Shown: one piece after another, positions 19,477 through 29,712 of the stretch
Numbering within the stretch: the stretch's first letter is position 1
Layout of the letters: each line of letters begins with the position of its first letter
Source of the DNA: Candidatus Curtissbacteria bacterium
GTDB lineage: Bacteria > Patescibacteriota > Microgenomatia > Curtissbacterales > GWA2-41-24
Reading direction: 5' to 3'
Assembly: GCA_016183325.1 (NCBI GenBank)
Contig: JACPEV010000013.1
Coordinates: 4,837-68,836 of the forward strand
Length of the DNA: 64,000 nt
The notes under the pieces: model-generated
What the model was told of the DNA's origin: nothing
Databases searched by the model: none
The model's input: the letters and a program-made list of their open reading frames with translations, nothing else
Translations under genes and position numbers: made by a program

Positions 19477-20708
19477 GCTTGATCCCGAGTAAATATCTAA
19501 CGCTTCTCAAAAACAGAAATTTTTTTAATTTAACTTTAATCAATTTATTTTGCCAGTTTTCTTTTGCGGTTTTATCTTTGGTTCTGGTTAGTTCCAGTTT
19601 TGATTTGACTAGGAATAATTTTGGTGTTTCGGCGGTGATTTTGTCCTTTGCCGTGCCGGCAATTGTGACCGTGATTTTTGCTGGCTTAGCCGCGGATATT
19701 TTCGACAGGAAAAGGATCATTACTTACTCAGTAGCTCTGATGGTGTTGGTGACCATTGGTGTGGTGAATGCTCTTTCGAGTATTTTTTGGATGGTGGTTT
19801 TTTCTGCGATTTATCACCTTTTGATTCCGATTTTTTTACCGGCGATTTCCGCGTCATATGTCCAGGTGATACGCAAGAATCAGCTACTTGTCGCAAACTC
19901 AATTTTTACCTTGACTGTTATCGGAGGACAGGGGGGAGGTCTGATGTTGGGGTCAATCATGCAATATTATTGGGGATTTAAATTACCACTTCTAGTTAGT
20001 GCAGCATCCTTAATAATAACTTTATTCATCACAAGACTTTTACCAAGATTGCTTCCTAGAAAATCTTCAAATCTAATGATGGTTCCTGGCGCTGTTAAAG
20101 AAATAATTATTGCGATTTTGTTTGTTTTGCACCGCAAAAGGATTTGGTTTTATTTGTTATTTTTGGGATTCATTTATGGAATTTTCGTATTTGGAGCGAC
20201 GATTGGACCAGGATTTTTTGACGAAATTCTGGGACTTCCCGTAAGAGTTAGCCCGGTCTTTGTTCTTCCTTCAGTTACGTTAGGTCTTTTAACAGGGATG
20301 TATTTTTTGTATCAAAATCCAAGTATTAATGAGGGAACATTAATTGTTTTAGGGAGTTTAGCTGCAAGCCTGGCGACACTTGCAGTAGGGTTAATTATGG
20401 GCAGTGGAATTTTTGAGGAGTTTTGGTTAGTGCTGGCCGTGATTTTCGCTATGGTAGTCAGTTTTGGGGCTGTCATTGTAAGTATTGCCGCAAGAACTGG
20501 TCTGCAAAAACTTGTACCACACAAATATCAAGGAACGGTTTTTGCTATGATGATTATTTTTTCGGCGATTGCAGCAACCATAGCTTCGCCTTCAGCGGCT
20601 TTTTTGACTGTGATTTTAGGGTATATAAATATTTTGATTTTAGTGGGTTTTTTGCTTTTATTAGTTTCTTTAAGTATCGCGTTGCTTTCTTTTAAATGGA
20701 GATTTTAA
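19473..20708 (+). CDS. MFS transporter
   Basis: About 12 hydrophobic segments; GLAADIFDRK motif A. Confidence 0.88.
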   Translation: MSLIPSKYLTLLKNRNFFNLTLINLFCQFSFAVLSLVLVSSSFDLTRNNFGVSAVILSFAVPAIVTVIFAGLAADIFDRKRIITYSVALMVLVTIGVVNALSSIFWMVVFSAIYHLLIPIFLPAISASYVQVIRKNQLLVANSIFTLTVIGGQGGGLMLGSIMQYYWGFKLPLLVSAASLIITLFITRLLPRLLPRKSSNLMMVPGAVKEIIIAILFVLHRKRIWFYLLFLGFIYGIFVFGATIGPGFFDEILGLPVRVSPVFVLPSVTLGLLTGMYFLYQNPSINEGTLIVLGSLAASLATLAVGLIMGSGIFEEFWLVLAVIFAMVVSFGAVIVSIAARTGLQKLVPHKYQGTVFAMMIIFSAIAATIASPSAAFLTVILGYINILILVGFLLLLVSLSIALLSFKWRF

Positions 20709-21805
20709 GTTTAAATTTAATTAACTTCCGCAACTTTTCTTCTCAAAAGATAGCTTTTGATAAAAATTTAACGGTGGTGATTGGGCCCAATGGGGCTGGC
20801 AAGAGTAATATTTTGGAGGCGTGTGGGCTTTTGGCGACTGTCAGATCGAGCCGAGTCAAGACAGATTTGGACCTGGTCAAATTCGGCAAAAGCGAGGCCA
20901 AAGTAGAGGGCAAAGTTGAGAGTCAAAGTGGAAAGAATGTACTAACCATTAATTTTCAAGTTATCGATGAAACTTATGTGAAGAAATCGTATTTTATTGA
21001 TGAAATAAAAAAGCGATATATTGATTTTAGCGAGCATTTTTCGGTTGTTATTTTTGAACCCTTGGATCTGGATCTGGTTTCCGGTTCACCATCTTTGCGG
21101 CGGCATCATTTAGATATTTTGCTTTCCAGTGGTAATCGAGCGTATTGGCGGAGTTTAAGTTCTTACAATAAGGTAGTAGTCCGCCGCAATAAGGTTCTCT
21201 GGCGAATTGCGGAGGGGAAATCAAAGCCAAGTGAGCTTGATTTTTGGGACGAGCGGTTTTTGGAGCATGGCAAGATAGTTTCCCAAAAAAGGCATGATTT
21301 TTTTGAATTTTTAAATGCTTCGACAGGCTCAGCACAGGTTTTATCAGAATCCGCCAATTCCTCCACCCCCGGGGTGAAAAGAGCCTACACCCCGGGGGTG
21401 TCCCTTGGCGGATTCTCATGGGAACTGAAACAAAGCCTGCTTTCTGAGGAAAAACTTTTAAGAAATCGGGAAAGGGATATTGCGGCGGGGATAACTTTGT
21501 CCGGGCCGCACCGGGATGATTTTAGGTTTTTGTTCAAAAATAAAGACTTGGAGTTTTTCGGAGCACGGGGGGATCAAAGAATGGCGGTTTTGGCGCTGAA
21601 GCTGGCGGAGCTGGAGTATATGGCAACAAAGCGTTTTGCCAGACCGGTTTTGGCACTAGATGATATTTTTTCGGAGCTTGACCATGAGCATCGGGAAGCG
21701 GTTTTGGATGTGATTGGAAAACAGCAAGTGATTATTACGGCGGCCGAACCCGATTCTTTGCCAAAGAAGATTTTTACGAAAGCGAAGGTTGTGGAACTGC
21801 GGTAA
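20696..21805 (+). CDS. recF: DNA replication/repair protein RecF
   Basis: GPNGAGKSN, GPHRDD and LDDIFSELD motifs. Confidence 0.95.
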   Translation: MEILSLNLINFRNFSSQKIAFDKNLTVVIGPNGAGKSNILEACGLLATVRSSRVKTDLDLVKFGKSEAKVEGKVESQSGKNVLTINFQVIDETYVKKSYFIDEIKKRYIDFSEHFSVVIFEPLDLDLVSGSPSLRRHHLDILLSSGNRAYWRSLSSYNKVVVRRNKVLWRIAEGKSKPSELDFWDERFLEHGKIVSQKRHDFFEFLNASTGSAQVLSESANSSTPGVKRAYTPGVSLGGFSWELKQSLLSEEKLLRNRERDIAAGITLSGPHRDDFRFLFKNKDLEFFGARGDQRMAVLALKLAELEYMATKRFARPVLALDDIFSELDHEHREAVLDVIGKQQVIITAAEPDSLPKKIFTKAKVVELR

Positions 21806-21870
21806 TTGTGCGACAATTGGATACGAATGTATCCGAATGAAAATACTCCGAATAATTCCGAATAATTCAG

Positions 21871-22260
21871 ATGGCAAAATTGGTTTATCCTGATTTAAGC
21901 TATAAAATAATGGGTATACTTTTTGAAGTACACAATAGATTAGGTGGCAATTTCGAAGAGAAATATTACCAGAGAGCGGTAGAAAAGTTGTTAAAACTGA
22001 ATAATTTGAAATACGATAGAGAACTACTAGCAAATATTTCTTTCGAAGGTGATAGGATAGGTAACTATTATTTAGATTTCCTGGTGGAGGATAAAATTAT
22101 TGTGGAACTTAAAACAGTGCCAAAACTCTTACCTATTCATTTCAGGCAAGTTCGATCTTATTTGAAAGTGAAAAAATTACAACTTGGGATTTTAGCTAAT
22201 TTTAGAGGAAATGGCCTTATTTATAAAAGAGTATTAAATCCCGTTGCACTTAATTATTAG
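21871..22260 (+). CDS. GxxExxY protein
   Basis: LGGNFEEKYY, DFLVEDKIIVELK, QVRSYL. Confidence 0.9.
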   Translation: MAKLVYPDLSYKIMGILFEVHNRLGGNFEEKYYQRAVEKLLKLNNLKYDRELLANISFEGDRIGNYYLDFLVEDKIIVELKTVPKLLPIHFRQVRSYLKVKKLQLGILANFRGNGLIYKRVLNPVALNY

Positions 22261-22296
22261 GATGTATTCGGACTATTATTATTAGGATAAATTAGA

Positions 22297-23361
22297 ATGT
22301 ACATCCCAAAATTTACCATTACCAACAAAATCCTAAAGGAGATTGGGAGAGTGGAAGCTTCTAAGGAAATAATTGAGAATGCGCCGCTTGTGCCGGCTTA
22401 TGAGGCCAAGTTTCGGGATGAGGCGATAATCAGAACCGTTCATCACGGAACACACATTGAGGGTAATCCGCTTAATACCGGCGAAGTAGCGGCTGTTTTG
22501 GAGGGTAGAGAAGTTGAAGCAAAGGATCGGGACGTGCAGGAAGTTTTGAATTATCGAAGGGTTTTGGCGTACATCGATAAACGACGAACGACTAACGACA
22601 AACGCCAAAACGTTTCAGAGAAAGATCTTCTCTCAATTCATCGTCTTACAGTAGAGAAGATTTTGGCTCCTAACAAGGCCGGAAAATATCGCAAAACCCA
22701 AGTGGTGGTCAAGAATTCGAAGACAGGCAAAGTCAGTTTTGTGCCGCCGAAAGCCAGTGAAGTGCCGACTTTAGTTCGCGATTTTATGGCATGGCTTTCT
22801 GAGAAGTCCGAAGAAATTCATCCGGTTTTGGCAGCAGGAATTACGCATTATGTTTTGGCGTTTATTCATCCCTTTGTGGACGGGAATGGGAGGTCTGCAA
22901 GGGCTTTGGCGACGATGGTTTTGTTTGCCAGAGGCTATGATATTAAAAAGTTTTTTTCGCTGGAGGAATATTTTGACAGAAGTGCCGGCAAATATTACGA
23001 AACGTTGCAAACTGTTTCCAATCAAAAAGCAGAAAGTTTGTCCGATCGCGATCTGACAGTCTGGCTGGAGTATTTTTGTCAGGGTTTAGCTGAGGAGCTT
23101 GCAAAAGTTAGGGGGAGGGTACAGAAATTGTCGCTTGATCTGAAGTTGAAAGGGAGGACAGGTCAGCTAGTGCTTTCGGAGCGGCAAATGAAGCTGGTTG
23201 AGTATCTTGAATCTTACGGATCGATTAGCAATCGGGCTTGGCGCAGCCTACTTTCGAAATTTTCAGACGATACCATTTTGCGTGATCTTAAAGATTTGCA
23301 GAAAAAAGGGCTGATAAAGAAAAAAGGTTCGACAAAAGGAGCCGTGTATGTTCTGAAATGA
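22297..23361 (+). CDS. Fic family protein with C-terminal wHTH
   Basis: HPFVDGNGRSAR motif. Confidence 0.93.
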   Translation: MYIPKFTITNKILKEIGRVEASKEIIENAPLVPAYEAKFRDEAIIRTVHHGTHIEGNPLNTGEVAAVLEGREVEAKDRDVQEVLNYRRVLAYIDKRRTTNDKRQNVSEKDLLSIHRLTVEKILAPNKAGKYRKTQVVVKNSKTGKVSFVPPKASEVPTLVRDFMAWLSEKSEEIHPVLAAGITHYVLAFIHPFVDGNGRSARALATMVLFARGYDIKKFFSLEEYFDRSAGKYYETLQTVSNQKAESLSDRDLTVWLEYFCQGLAEELAKVRGRVQKLSLDLKLKGRTGQLVLSERQMKLVEYLESYGSISNRAWRSLLSKFSDDTILRDLKDLQKKGLIKKKGSTKGAVYVLK

Positions 23362-23395
23362 ACTGCGAATTATGAAGTATGAATTATGAATTAAG

Positions 23396-25288
23396 ATGAA
23401 ATTTTCGACTTTGGCGCAATACTACGAAAAGCTTGAGGCGACTTCCAAAAGGTTAGAACTTGTGGACATTTTATCCAAGCTCTTTAAGGAAGCAAAAGCG
23501 GAGGAGATTGGGAAAATTTGTTATTTGATTCAGGGAAGAGTGGCGCCGTTTTTTGAAGCGACAGAGATTGGAATGGCAGAATCGATGGTGGCATCTGCGA
23601 TAGCCAAAGCTTTTGGTGAGGACAAAGATAAAGTTACCAAATCATATCGCAGTTTAGGAAACATGGGTTTGGCTGCACAAAAGCTATCGCAAGGTTCCCA
23701 CCAGAAGGGCGGGCAGGCGCCGTTCAAAGTTCACCCTTCGACTCCTTCGGCTTCGCTCAGGACAAGTTCGCTCAGGGCAAGCAGTTCAAAGTTGTCTGTT
23801 AGTGAGGTTTTTGATGAACTTTTAAAGATTGCAAAGTTTACAGGAAAGGGGACTGTTGAGCAAAAGGTTTCAACACTCTCTGAACTTTTGAAAAAGCTTG
23901 ATCCTGTTTCGGTTAAGCACGTTGCCAATATTCCGCTTGGGACTCTGAGGCTTGGGATTGGGGATCCGACTGTGCTTGATGCGTTGTCATTGGCGAAAAA
24001 AGGCGATAAGTCACTACGTCCAGTCTTGGAGGATGCTTATAACAAGACGAGTGATTTGGGATATGTGGCAGAGACATATTTTAAACTGCAAGAAGGCGGG
24101 CTTAAAAATATCAAACTTGTGGTCGGTAAACCAATACGACCGGCACTGGCAGAAAGATTGCCTTCAGCAGAAGAGGCGGTCAAAAGACTTGGCGGTGAAT
24201 TTGCGGCAGAGCCGAAATTTGACGGCTTTAGGGTGCAGGTGCATTTGTCCCCTTCCATCAAGTCTGAGGTAATTAGGGGTTCAACCCTTAAAGATCTAGC
24301 TCGGGCGACTTCGGGGGTTGAACCCCGATTGGAACACGTCAAATTATTTTCCAGGAATCTTGAAAATACGACGCATGCTTTCCCGGATATTGTAGAAGGA
24401 GTGAAGCGCGAAGTTGGTGCAAAGTCGGCAATACTTGAGGGTGAAGCGATTGCTTATAACCCCACTACCTCCGAATTCTTGCCGTTTCAGGAAACAACCA
24501 AAAGACGTCGTAAATATCAGGTTGAGGAAATGGTCAAAAAACTGCCTTTGGTTTTATTTGTCTTTGATCTTTTGTATTTAAACGGGAAGGATATAACAGA
24601 AAAACCTTATCGCGAGAGGAGAAAACTTTTAACAGGGATTGTGCCAAAGGAAGGTAAGGTTGTGAGACTGGCTGAGGAAAGAACACTAAAGGGAGCAGGT
24701 GAGATCACAAAGTTTTTCAACGAAGCTGTTTCCGAAGGACTTGAGGGTTTGATGCTCAAAAAATTGGACAGTCCATACGTTGCCGGGGGTAGGGGTTTTC
24801 ATTGGATCAAGTTTAAGAGAAGCCAGGCAGGAGAGCTGACGGATACGGTCGATTGTGTGATTTTGGGAGTATTTAGCGGTAAAGGGAAGCGGACTGAGTT
24901 TGGCGTCGGTGGGCTTTTAGTGGGGGTATATGAGAAGAAACGTGATGAATTTGTGACAATCTCCAGAATCGGGACAGGGCTGACGGATGAGGAGTTTCGG
25001 CAAGTTAATGAGCTTGCCAAAAAGTTGAAAGTTTCACACAAGCCCTCCAGAGTTAATTCTAAAATCGAACCGACTTTTTGGGTCGAACCAAAAGAAGTTT
25101 TGGAAATTTATGCGGATGAAATAACGCGTTCACCGATTCATACGGCCGGAGCCGATAAAGACGGCATAGGTTATGCGTTGCGATTCCCAAGACTGGTAAA
25201 GTTTAGAGGGAAGGACAAACGCGCTGAGGATGCGACAACTGTTGAGGAAGTTGAGAAGATGTATAAGCAACAGTATAAGAAGAAATAG
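23396..25288 (+). CDS. ATP-dependent DNA ligase
   Basis: EPKFDGFR (KxDG), EGLMLK, WIKFK and LRFPR motifs. Confidence 0.95.
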   Translation: MKFSTLAQYYEKLEATSKRLELVDILSKLFKEAKAEEIGKICYLIQGRVAPFFEATEIGMAESMVASAIAKAFGEDKDKVTKSYRSLGNMGLAAQKLSQGSHQKGGQAPFKVHPSTPSASLRTSSLRASSSKLSVSEVFDELLKIAKFTGKGTVEQKVSTLSELLKKLDPVSVKHVANIPLGTLRLGIGDPTVLDALSLAKKGDKSLRPVLEDAYNKTSDLGYVAETYFKLQEGGLKNIKLVVGKPIRPALAERLPSAEEAVKRLGGEFAAEPKFDGFRVQVHLSPSIKSEVIRGSTLKDLARATSGVEPRLEHVKLFSRNLENTTHAFPDIVEGVKREVGAKSAILEGEAIAYNPTTSEFLPFQETTKRRRKYQVEEMVKKLPLVLFVFDLLYLNGKDITEKPYRERRKLLTGIVPKEGKVVRLAEERTLKGAGEITKFFNEAVSEGLEGLMLKKLDSPYVAGGRGFHWIKFKRSQAGELTDTVDCVILGVFSGKGKRTEFGVGGLLVGVYEKKRDEFVTISRIGTGLTDEEFRQVNELAKKLKVSHKPSRVNSKIEPTFWVEPKEVLEIYADEITRSPIHTAGADKDGIGYALRFPRLVKFRGKDKRAEDATTVEEVEKMYKQQYKKK

Positions 25289-25293
25289 TTGAA

Positions 25294-25740
25294 TTAATAA
25301 AGGTCAACTTTTTCAGGTAGTTGAAGCCTTTGATTAGTTATTCTTCTTAAGCCTAAGCTCATTCCTCGATTGCCTAATTCTTGTAGAATTTCTTGTGTGA
25401 TACAAAAAGAAGTAGCTTCACTGGGTGCATTGGGATCAAGATAGAGTGCAACAGCAATGAAAATTCCATCTCCATTGTAGGAAACATTGACGTGGCTATC
25501 TACTTTGACTCCAAGGTTATTCAGTTCATTAGAAAACCACATAGGTAGGTCTGTTTCGTATTCCGTACCTCGTGAAGTTTTTCTTTCCCAAGCGGGAAGA
25601 ATATGGATGACTTGAGTTCCTGTTGGTTCTGTTCTCGATAGCTCAAATCGAGCAGTTTGAGATATCCGTTCCCCTAAACCAATACGCATGATGTTCCTCA
25701 CAGCCAAACCCAGTGCTTCATTAAAAATGCGTTCTCCCAT
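25294..25740 (-). CDS. Hypothetical protein
   Basis: 148-aa ORF with ATG start filling an intergenic gap. Confidence 0.55.
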   Translation of the reverse strand: MGERIFNEALGLAVRNIMRIGLGERISQTARFELSRTEPTGTQVIHILPAWERKTSRGTEYETDLPMWFSNELNNLGVKVDSHVNVSYNGDGIFIAVALYLDPNAPSEATSFCITQEILQELGNRGMSLGLRRITNQRLQLPEKVDLY

Positions 25741-25903
25741 TCTTTATTTTAATATGATACAACTAAAAGCTAGTAACAAAATTCCAGTAAGTGTGCAAAG
25801 AGAAGCTTGGTTTTCGGAAGCTCAAGATGGGAGAGTAAGAGAGTTGGCTCGCGAAAAAGCTGCGGCGTAAATTTTTCCCTTAAAAAATATTAAAGCAATT
25901 ATT

Positions 25904-25941
25904 GCAATTTATTCAATGATCATTTAATATTTTGTTGATGG
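25904..25941. repeat. 38-bp palindrome-containing repeat, copy 1 (others at 26438-26475 and 42162-42199)
   Basis: Shared core TTCAATGATCAT followed by TGTYGATGG. Confidence 0.8.
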
Positions 25942-26438
25942 TTCGGGAAAAGTTGAGGGATGCGATTCTTTTGGCACTTGAGAAGGCGATTGATGGAGCA
26001 GTTGAGTTTGCAGATTTTTATGATAACCCTCGTCGTTATGTTTGGTATGGTCCTCGCTGGGAATATCCAAAGTCAACACTGTCAGCAGCTATCGCGCGGC
26101 TGCGCAAGGGAGGTTTAGTAGAAAAAATTATTGATGAGGACCGAGTCGTTTTGAAACTGACTGATGCTGGTCGTGACTGGTTACTGAGAAACAAATTAGA
26201 AGATCAGATGGAACATTGGGATGGGGTCTGGCGTTTAGTAATTTTTGATATTCCAGAGAGACATACACGAGTTAGGGATACTCTGCGAAGAAGGCTTAAA
26301 GAATGGGGATTTAATAAGTGGCAAAAATCGGTTTGGGCCAGCAAGAAACCTTTAACGGATCATTTAAGGAAATTAGTTAAGGAATTAGGAATAGAGAATT
26401 GGGTTCTTGTTGTTGAATCAACAAATACCGGCCTTTAA
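25932..26438 (+). CDS. PaaX-like protein (wHTH plus Cas2/VapD-like domain)
   Basis: LKLTDAG and WDGVWRLVIFDIPE...RDTLRRRLKEWGF...QKSVW. Confidence 0.85.
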   Translation: MLMVREKLRDAILLALEKAIDGAVEFADFYDNPRRYVWYGPRWEYPKSTLSAAIARLRKGGLVEKIIDEDRVVLKLTDAGRDWLLRNKLEDQMEHWDGVWRLVIFDIPERHTRVRDTLRRRLKEWGFNKWQKSVWASKKPLTDHLRKLVKELGIENWVLVVESTNTGL

Positions 26439-26475
26439 CATTTTGTTCAATGATCATTGCATAAAGTGTCGATGG
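26438..26475. repeat. 38-bp palindrome-containing repeat, copy 2
   Basis: acattttgttcaatgatcattgcataaagtgtcgatgg. Confidence 0.8.
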
Positions 26476-26573
26476 GTGAGTGTTGACAATTGAGGATAAT
26501 TAGAACAAAATGGTTGCAAAATAATTTCTCCAAGGAGCATTTTATACGGGGCTTCGATGCTAAAATAAATTTG

Positions 26574-28058
26574 ATGAAATTCGTTGCCGATTTGCATTTA
26601 CATAGCAAGTACTCCAGAGCAGTATCACAAGAAATGATTTTGCCAAAAATGGCCCAGTGGGCCAAACTTAAGGGGATAAATGTTTTGGCGACTGGAGATT
26701 TTACGCATCCTTTTTGGTTTGATCAGCTGAAAAAGGAGTTGATTGATGATGGCAACGGACTTTATCGGCTAAAGCCGACAATTGACAATTCACATTTAAC
26801 AATTGACAAAAGCAAGTCAAGTGTTAATGGCTCGCCTCGCTTCGCGCCTGCGTCGACGATAGTCGCGGGCGAAGCGGGTCAAATGTTAAATGTTAAACAA
26901 GAAGTTTACTTCATGCTCTCATGCGAGATTGCTTCCATATACTCTCAAGGTGGCAAAGTCAGAAGAATCCACAATTTATTCTTTTTCCCCTCTTTGGGCT
27001 CTGTTGAAAAATTTAACAGGGCGCTTCTTGCGCGAGGTGCTAGTCTGCGATCTGACGGTAGGCCAGTGGTGGGAATAAATTCGCGGGATCTGGCGGAAGT
27101 CGCGCTTAAAGTTGACAAGAAGGCTTTAGTGATTCCTGCACATGCATGGACTCCGTGGTTTTCTATTTTTGGCAGTTTTTCCGGTTTTGATTCTATTGCT
27201 GAGTGTTTTGGGGACATGAGCAAATATATTTATGGAATTGAAACCGGTTTATCTTCTGATCCGGCAATGAACTGGAGGATAGAAGACTTGGACAGCCGAG
27301 CCATTCTTTCGTTTTCCGATGCACATAGTTTGGAAAAAATGGGAAGGGAAGCGACAGTGTTTGAGGCGGAGGAGCTTAGTTATGAGAGCATTTATGATGC
27401 AATAAGGTTGTCAGGTAATCAGGCAATCGGGTTATCAGGGAAGCAAATGCCCGATTACCAGACATCCCGAGAACCTAGTAACCCGTCAAAGATTGCTTTT
27501 ACTATCGAATTTTATCCGGAGGAAGGGAAATATCATTTTACGGGCCATAGGGATTGTAATTTTCGTCAATCACCGGAAGAGACAGCCAAAAATGGGAATA
27601 TTTGTCCGGTTTGCAGGCGACCTTTGACTATTGGCGTAATGCACCGCGTGAAGCAATTGGCTTCACGCGAAATTTCCAATTTCAAATTTCCAATTTCAAA
27701 TGGGGTTAAATGGGTAAAATCAGAGGAGGGAAGGCCACCTTATGTTTCGATGGTGCCACTTGGAGAAATTCTTGCGGAGGCACTCGGAGCAGCTGTAAAA
27801 ACTCAAAAAGTGAGTGATACTTATTTTCAGTTGGTAAACAATCTAGGCAGCGAATTTAATGTTCTTTTGAAGGCTGACCTTTCCGATATCGCCAGATTTT
27901 CGAATCAAAAAGTAGCAGAAGGGATTGATCTTGTCAGACGTGGGGAGATTATCGTTGATCCTGGGTATGATGGCAATTTTGGCGTTGTTAAAATATGGCC
28001 GGATGTTCCTTCCAGCGAGCCAAAAGTTGAACCATCGCAACTGAATTTATTTGCATAA
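26574..28058 (+). CDS. Endonuclease Q family (PHP domain) protein
   Basis: ADLHLHSKYSRA, PAHAWTPW, SDAHS, GKYH and PGYDG. Confidence 0.88.
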   Translation: MKFVADLHLHSKYSRAVSQEMILPKMAQWAKLKGINVLATGDFTHPFWFDQLKKELIDDGNGLYRLKPTIDNSHLTIDKSKSSVNGSPRFAPASTIVAGEAGQMLNVKQEVYFMLSCEIASIYSQGGKVRRIHNLFFFPSLGSVEKFNRALLARGASLRSDGRPVVGINSRDLAEVALKVDKKALVIPAHAWTPWFSIFGSFSGFDSIAECFGDMSKYIYGIETGLSSDPAMNWRIEDLDSRAILSFSDAHSLEKMGREATVFEAEELSYESIYDAIRLSGNQAIGLSGKQMPDYQTSREPSNPSKIAFTIEFYPEEGKYHFTGHRDCNFRQSPEETAKNGNICPVCRRPLTIGVMHRVKQLASREISNFKFPISNGVKWVKSEEGRPPYVSMVPLGEILAEALGAAVKTQKVSDTYFQLVNNLGSEFNVLLKADLSDIARFSNQKVAEGIDLVRRGEIIVDPGYDGNFGVVKIWPDVPSSEPKVEPSQLNLFA

Positions 28059-28059
28059 G

Positions 28060-28392
28060 ATGAAAGATAGGAATAGAAATTTAGTAGCGACTATTTCTTA
28101 TTTTGCTTTTTTTATTACTGGCATTGTTGTTTTTTTGGCCGAGAAAGATGACAAATTTATTCGTTTCCACGCTCTGCAATCTATTATGGTTTTTGGAGGA
28201 TTGTTTGGTATAAGTGTGGTTTTAGGACTTTTGTTTGGACCATTTAGTTTTTTGGGAATAATCTCGAGTTTAATTAATAATGTGATTTGGATTGCCTGGC
28301 TGATTATTTGGTTGGTTTCTATGGTGAAGGCATATCGGGGCCAAATATTTAAGTGGCCGATAGCCGGTGAACTCGCCGAAAAATATGCTTAA
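28060..28392 (+). CDS. DUF4870-like membrane protein
   Basis: FIRFHALQS...KAYRG..FKWPIAG. Confidence 0.8.
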   Translation: MKDRNRNLVATISYFAFFITGIVVFLAEKDDKFIRFHALQSIMVFGGLFGISVVLGLLFGPFSFLGIISSLINNVIWIAWLIIWLVSMVKAYRGQIFKWPIAGELAEKYA

Positions 28393-29021
28393 TGATTTTT
28401 GAAAATCGGTCTCAGGCTGGAGAATTATTAGCTCGCGAGCTCTCCAAAATTAAAATTGATGCCCACAATACGATAATTGCGGCCATTCCCCGCGGCGGGG
28501 TCGTAGTCGCTTCGGTCATTGCCAAAGCCTTGAATTTACCGTTGTCTTGCCTTGTTATCAAAAAATTGGGAGCGCCAGGCAACCCGGAGTTGGCCATCGG
28601 AGCGACGGCTTCTTTTGGCAAACCGGTTTTGGATCAGTGGTTTATTGCTGACTTGAAAGTTCCTAAGGAATATTTAAAAGCGGAGATTCTAAAAAAGAGA
28701 AAAGAAGCGCAAGGTCGGGGAAAATTTTTAAGAATAAACGTCAGTGATTTTATAAATCGGGATGTTATTGTGGTTGATGACGGACTAGCGACTGGACAAA
28801 CTGCCAAAGCCGCGGCGAAGATTCTTAAAAAGCTTGGAGCAAAAAAGTTAATTTTGGCGGTGCCGTGCGCTTCGCCTGCGACAATTGATTTGGTAAAGGG
28901 TGATTATGATGAGGTTATTTGTCTAGAGGTGAATCCAAGTTTAGTTGCCGTGGGGCAATTCTATCGTGATTTTCGAGAAGTTTCCGATGAGGAAGTGAAG
29001 AGGCTTCTTATTAACAATTGA
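28392..29021 (+). CDS. Phosphoribosyltransferase
   Basis: IPRGG and VVDDGLATG PRPP motif. Confidence 0.9.
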   Translation: MIFENRSQAGELLARELSKIKIDAHNTIIAAIPRGGVVVASVIAKALNLPLSCLVIKKLGAPGNPELAIGATASFGKPVLDQWFIADLKVPKEYLKAEILKKRKEAQGRGKFLRINVSDFINRDVIVVDDGLATGQTAKAAAKILKKLGAKKLILAVPCASPATIDLVKGDYDEVICLEVNPSLVAVGQFYRDFREVSDEEVKRLLINN

Positions 29022-29054
29022 CAATTGACCATTAACAATTGACAATTTACAGCA

Positions 29055-29633
29055 ATGAAGTTAATTGCAGGGTTGGGTAATCCCGGAGAAAAATTCAAAA
29101 ACAATCGGCATAATGTTGGGTTTAAGGTGGTTGATGATTTTTCGCGAAGTAATGGTCTTTCATGGCGATATAGTCAGGATTTGATGTGCTATTGGATTAA
29201 GACTGTCCAATATGTTCTGATTAAACCGGTGACCTATATGAACAAGGCAGGCCAATCTATTAAATCCGTATGTGATTTTTACAAAATTGAGCCCAAGGAT
29301 GTTTTAGTGATTGCTGACGATTTGGATTTGCCGCTTGGGAAAATAAGAATGACTTTTAACGGTTCAGCAGGAGGGCATCATGGGATCGAATCGACGGTTG
29401 AAAGTCTCTCGACAATGGATTTTGCAAGACTTAGGATAGGCATAGGCCCGCTTGGACCAATCGGAGAGTCAGGTCCGCCAATGTCGAAAGAGCAAAAAGT
29501 GATCGAGCACGTGTTATCTGATTTTTCTGATAGCGAAAAAGAAAAGCTTGGAGACATTATAAGCCGAGCGATAGAAGCGGTACAGTCTTACGTGGATGAC
29601 GGCGTAGAAGCGACTATGAACAGATATAATTAA
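29055..29633 (+). CDS. pth: Peptidyl-tRNA hydrolase
   Basis: GLGNPG, RHNVGF, GGHHG and RLRIGIG. Confidence 0.96.
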   Translation: MKLIAGLGNPGEKFKNNRHNVGFKVVDDFSRSNGLSWRYSQDLMCYWIKTVQYVLIKPVTYMNKAGQSIKSVCDFYKIEPKDVLVIADDLDLPLGKIRMTFNGSAGGHHGIESTVESLSTMDFARLRIGIGPLGPIGESGPPMSKEQKVIEHVLSDFSDSEKEKLGDIISRAIEAVQSYVDDGVEATMNRYN

Positions 29634-29712
29634 CAGTTGACAGCTGACATTTGATAATTGACAAATTTAGAGCAAGTTAAATGTCAATGGTTAATTGTCA
29701 ATTGTTATAACT

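Noticed and set aside
25754-25870. Possible stranded gene end between the hypothetical and PaaX-like genes
   Set aside because: None of the three forward frames matched the ends of neighbouring proteins by eye.
25932-26438. Cas2 annotation for the PaaX-like ORF
   Set aside because: It has an N-terminal wHTH and the WDGxWR PaaX signature, with no cas1 or array nearby.
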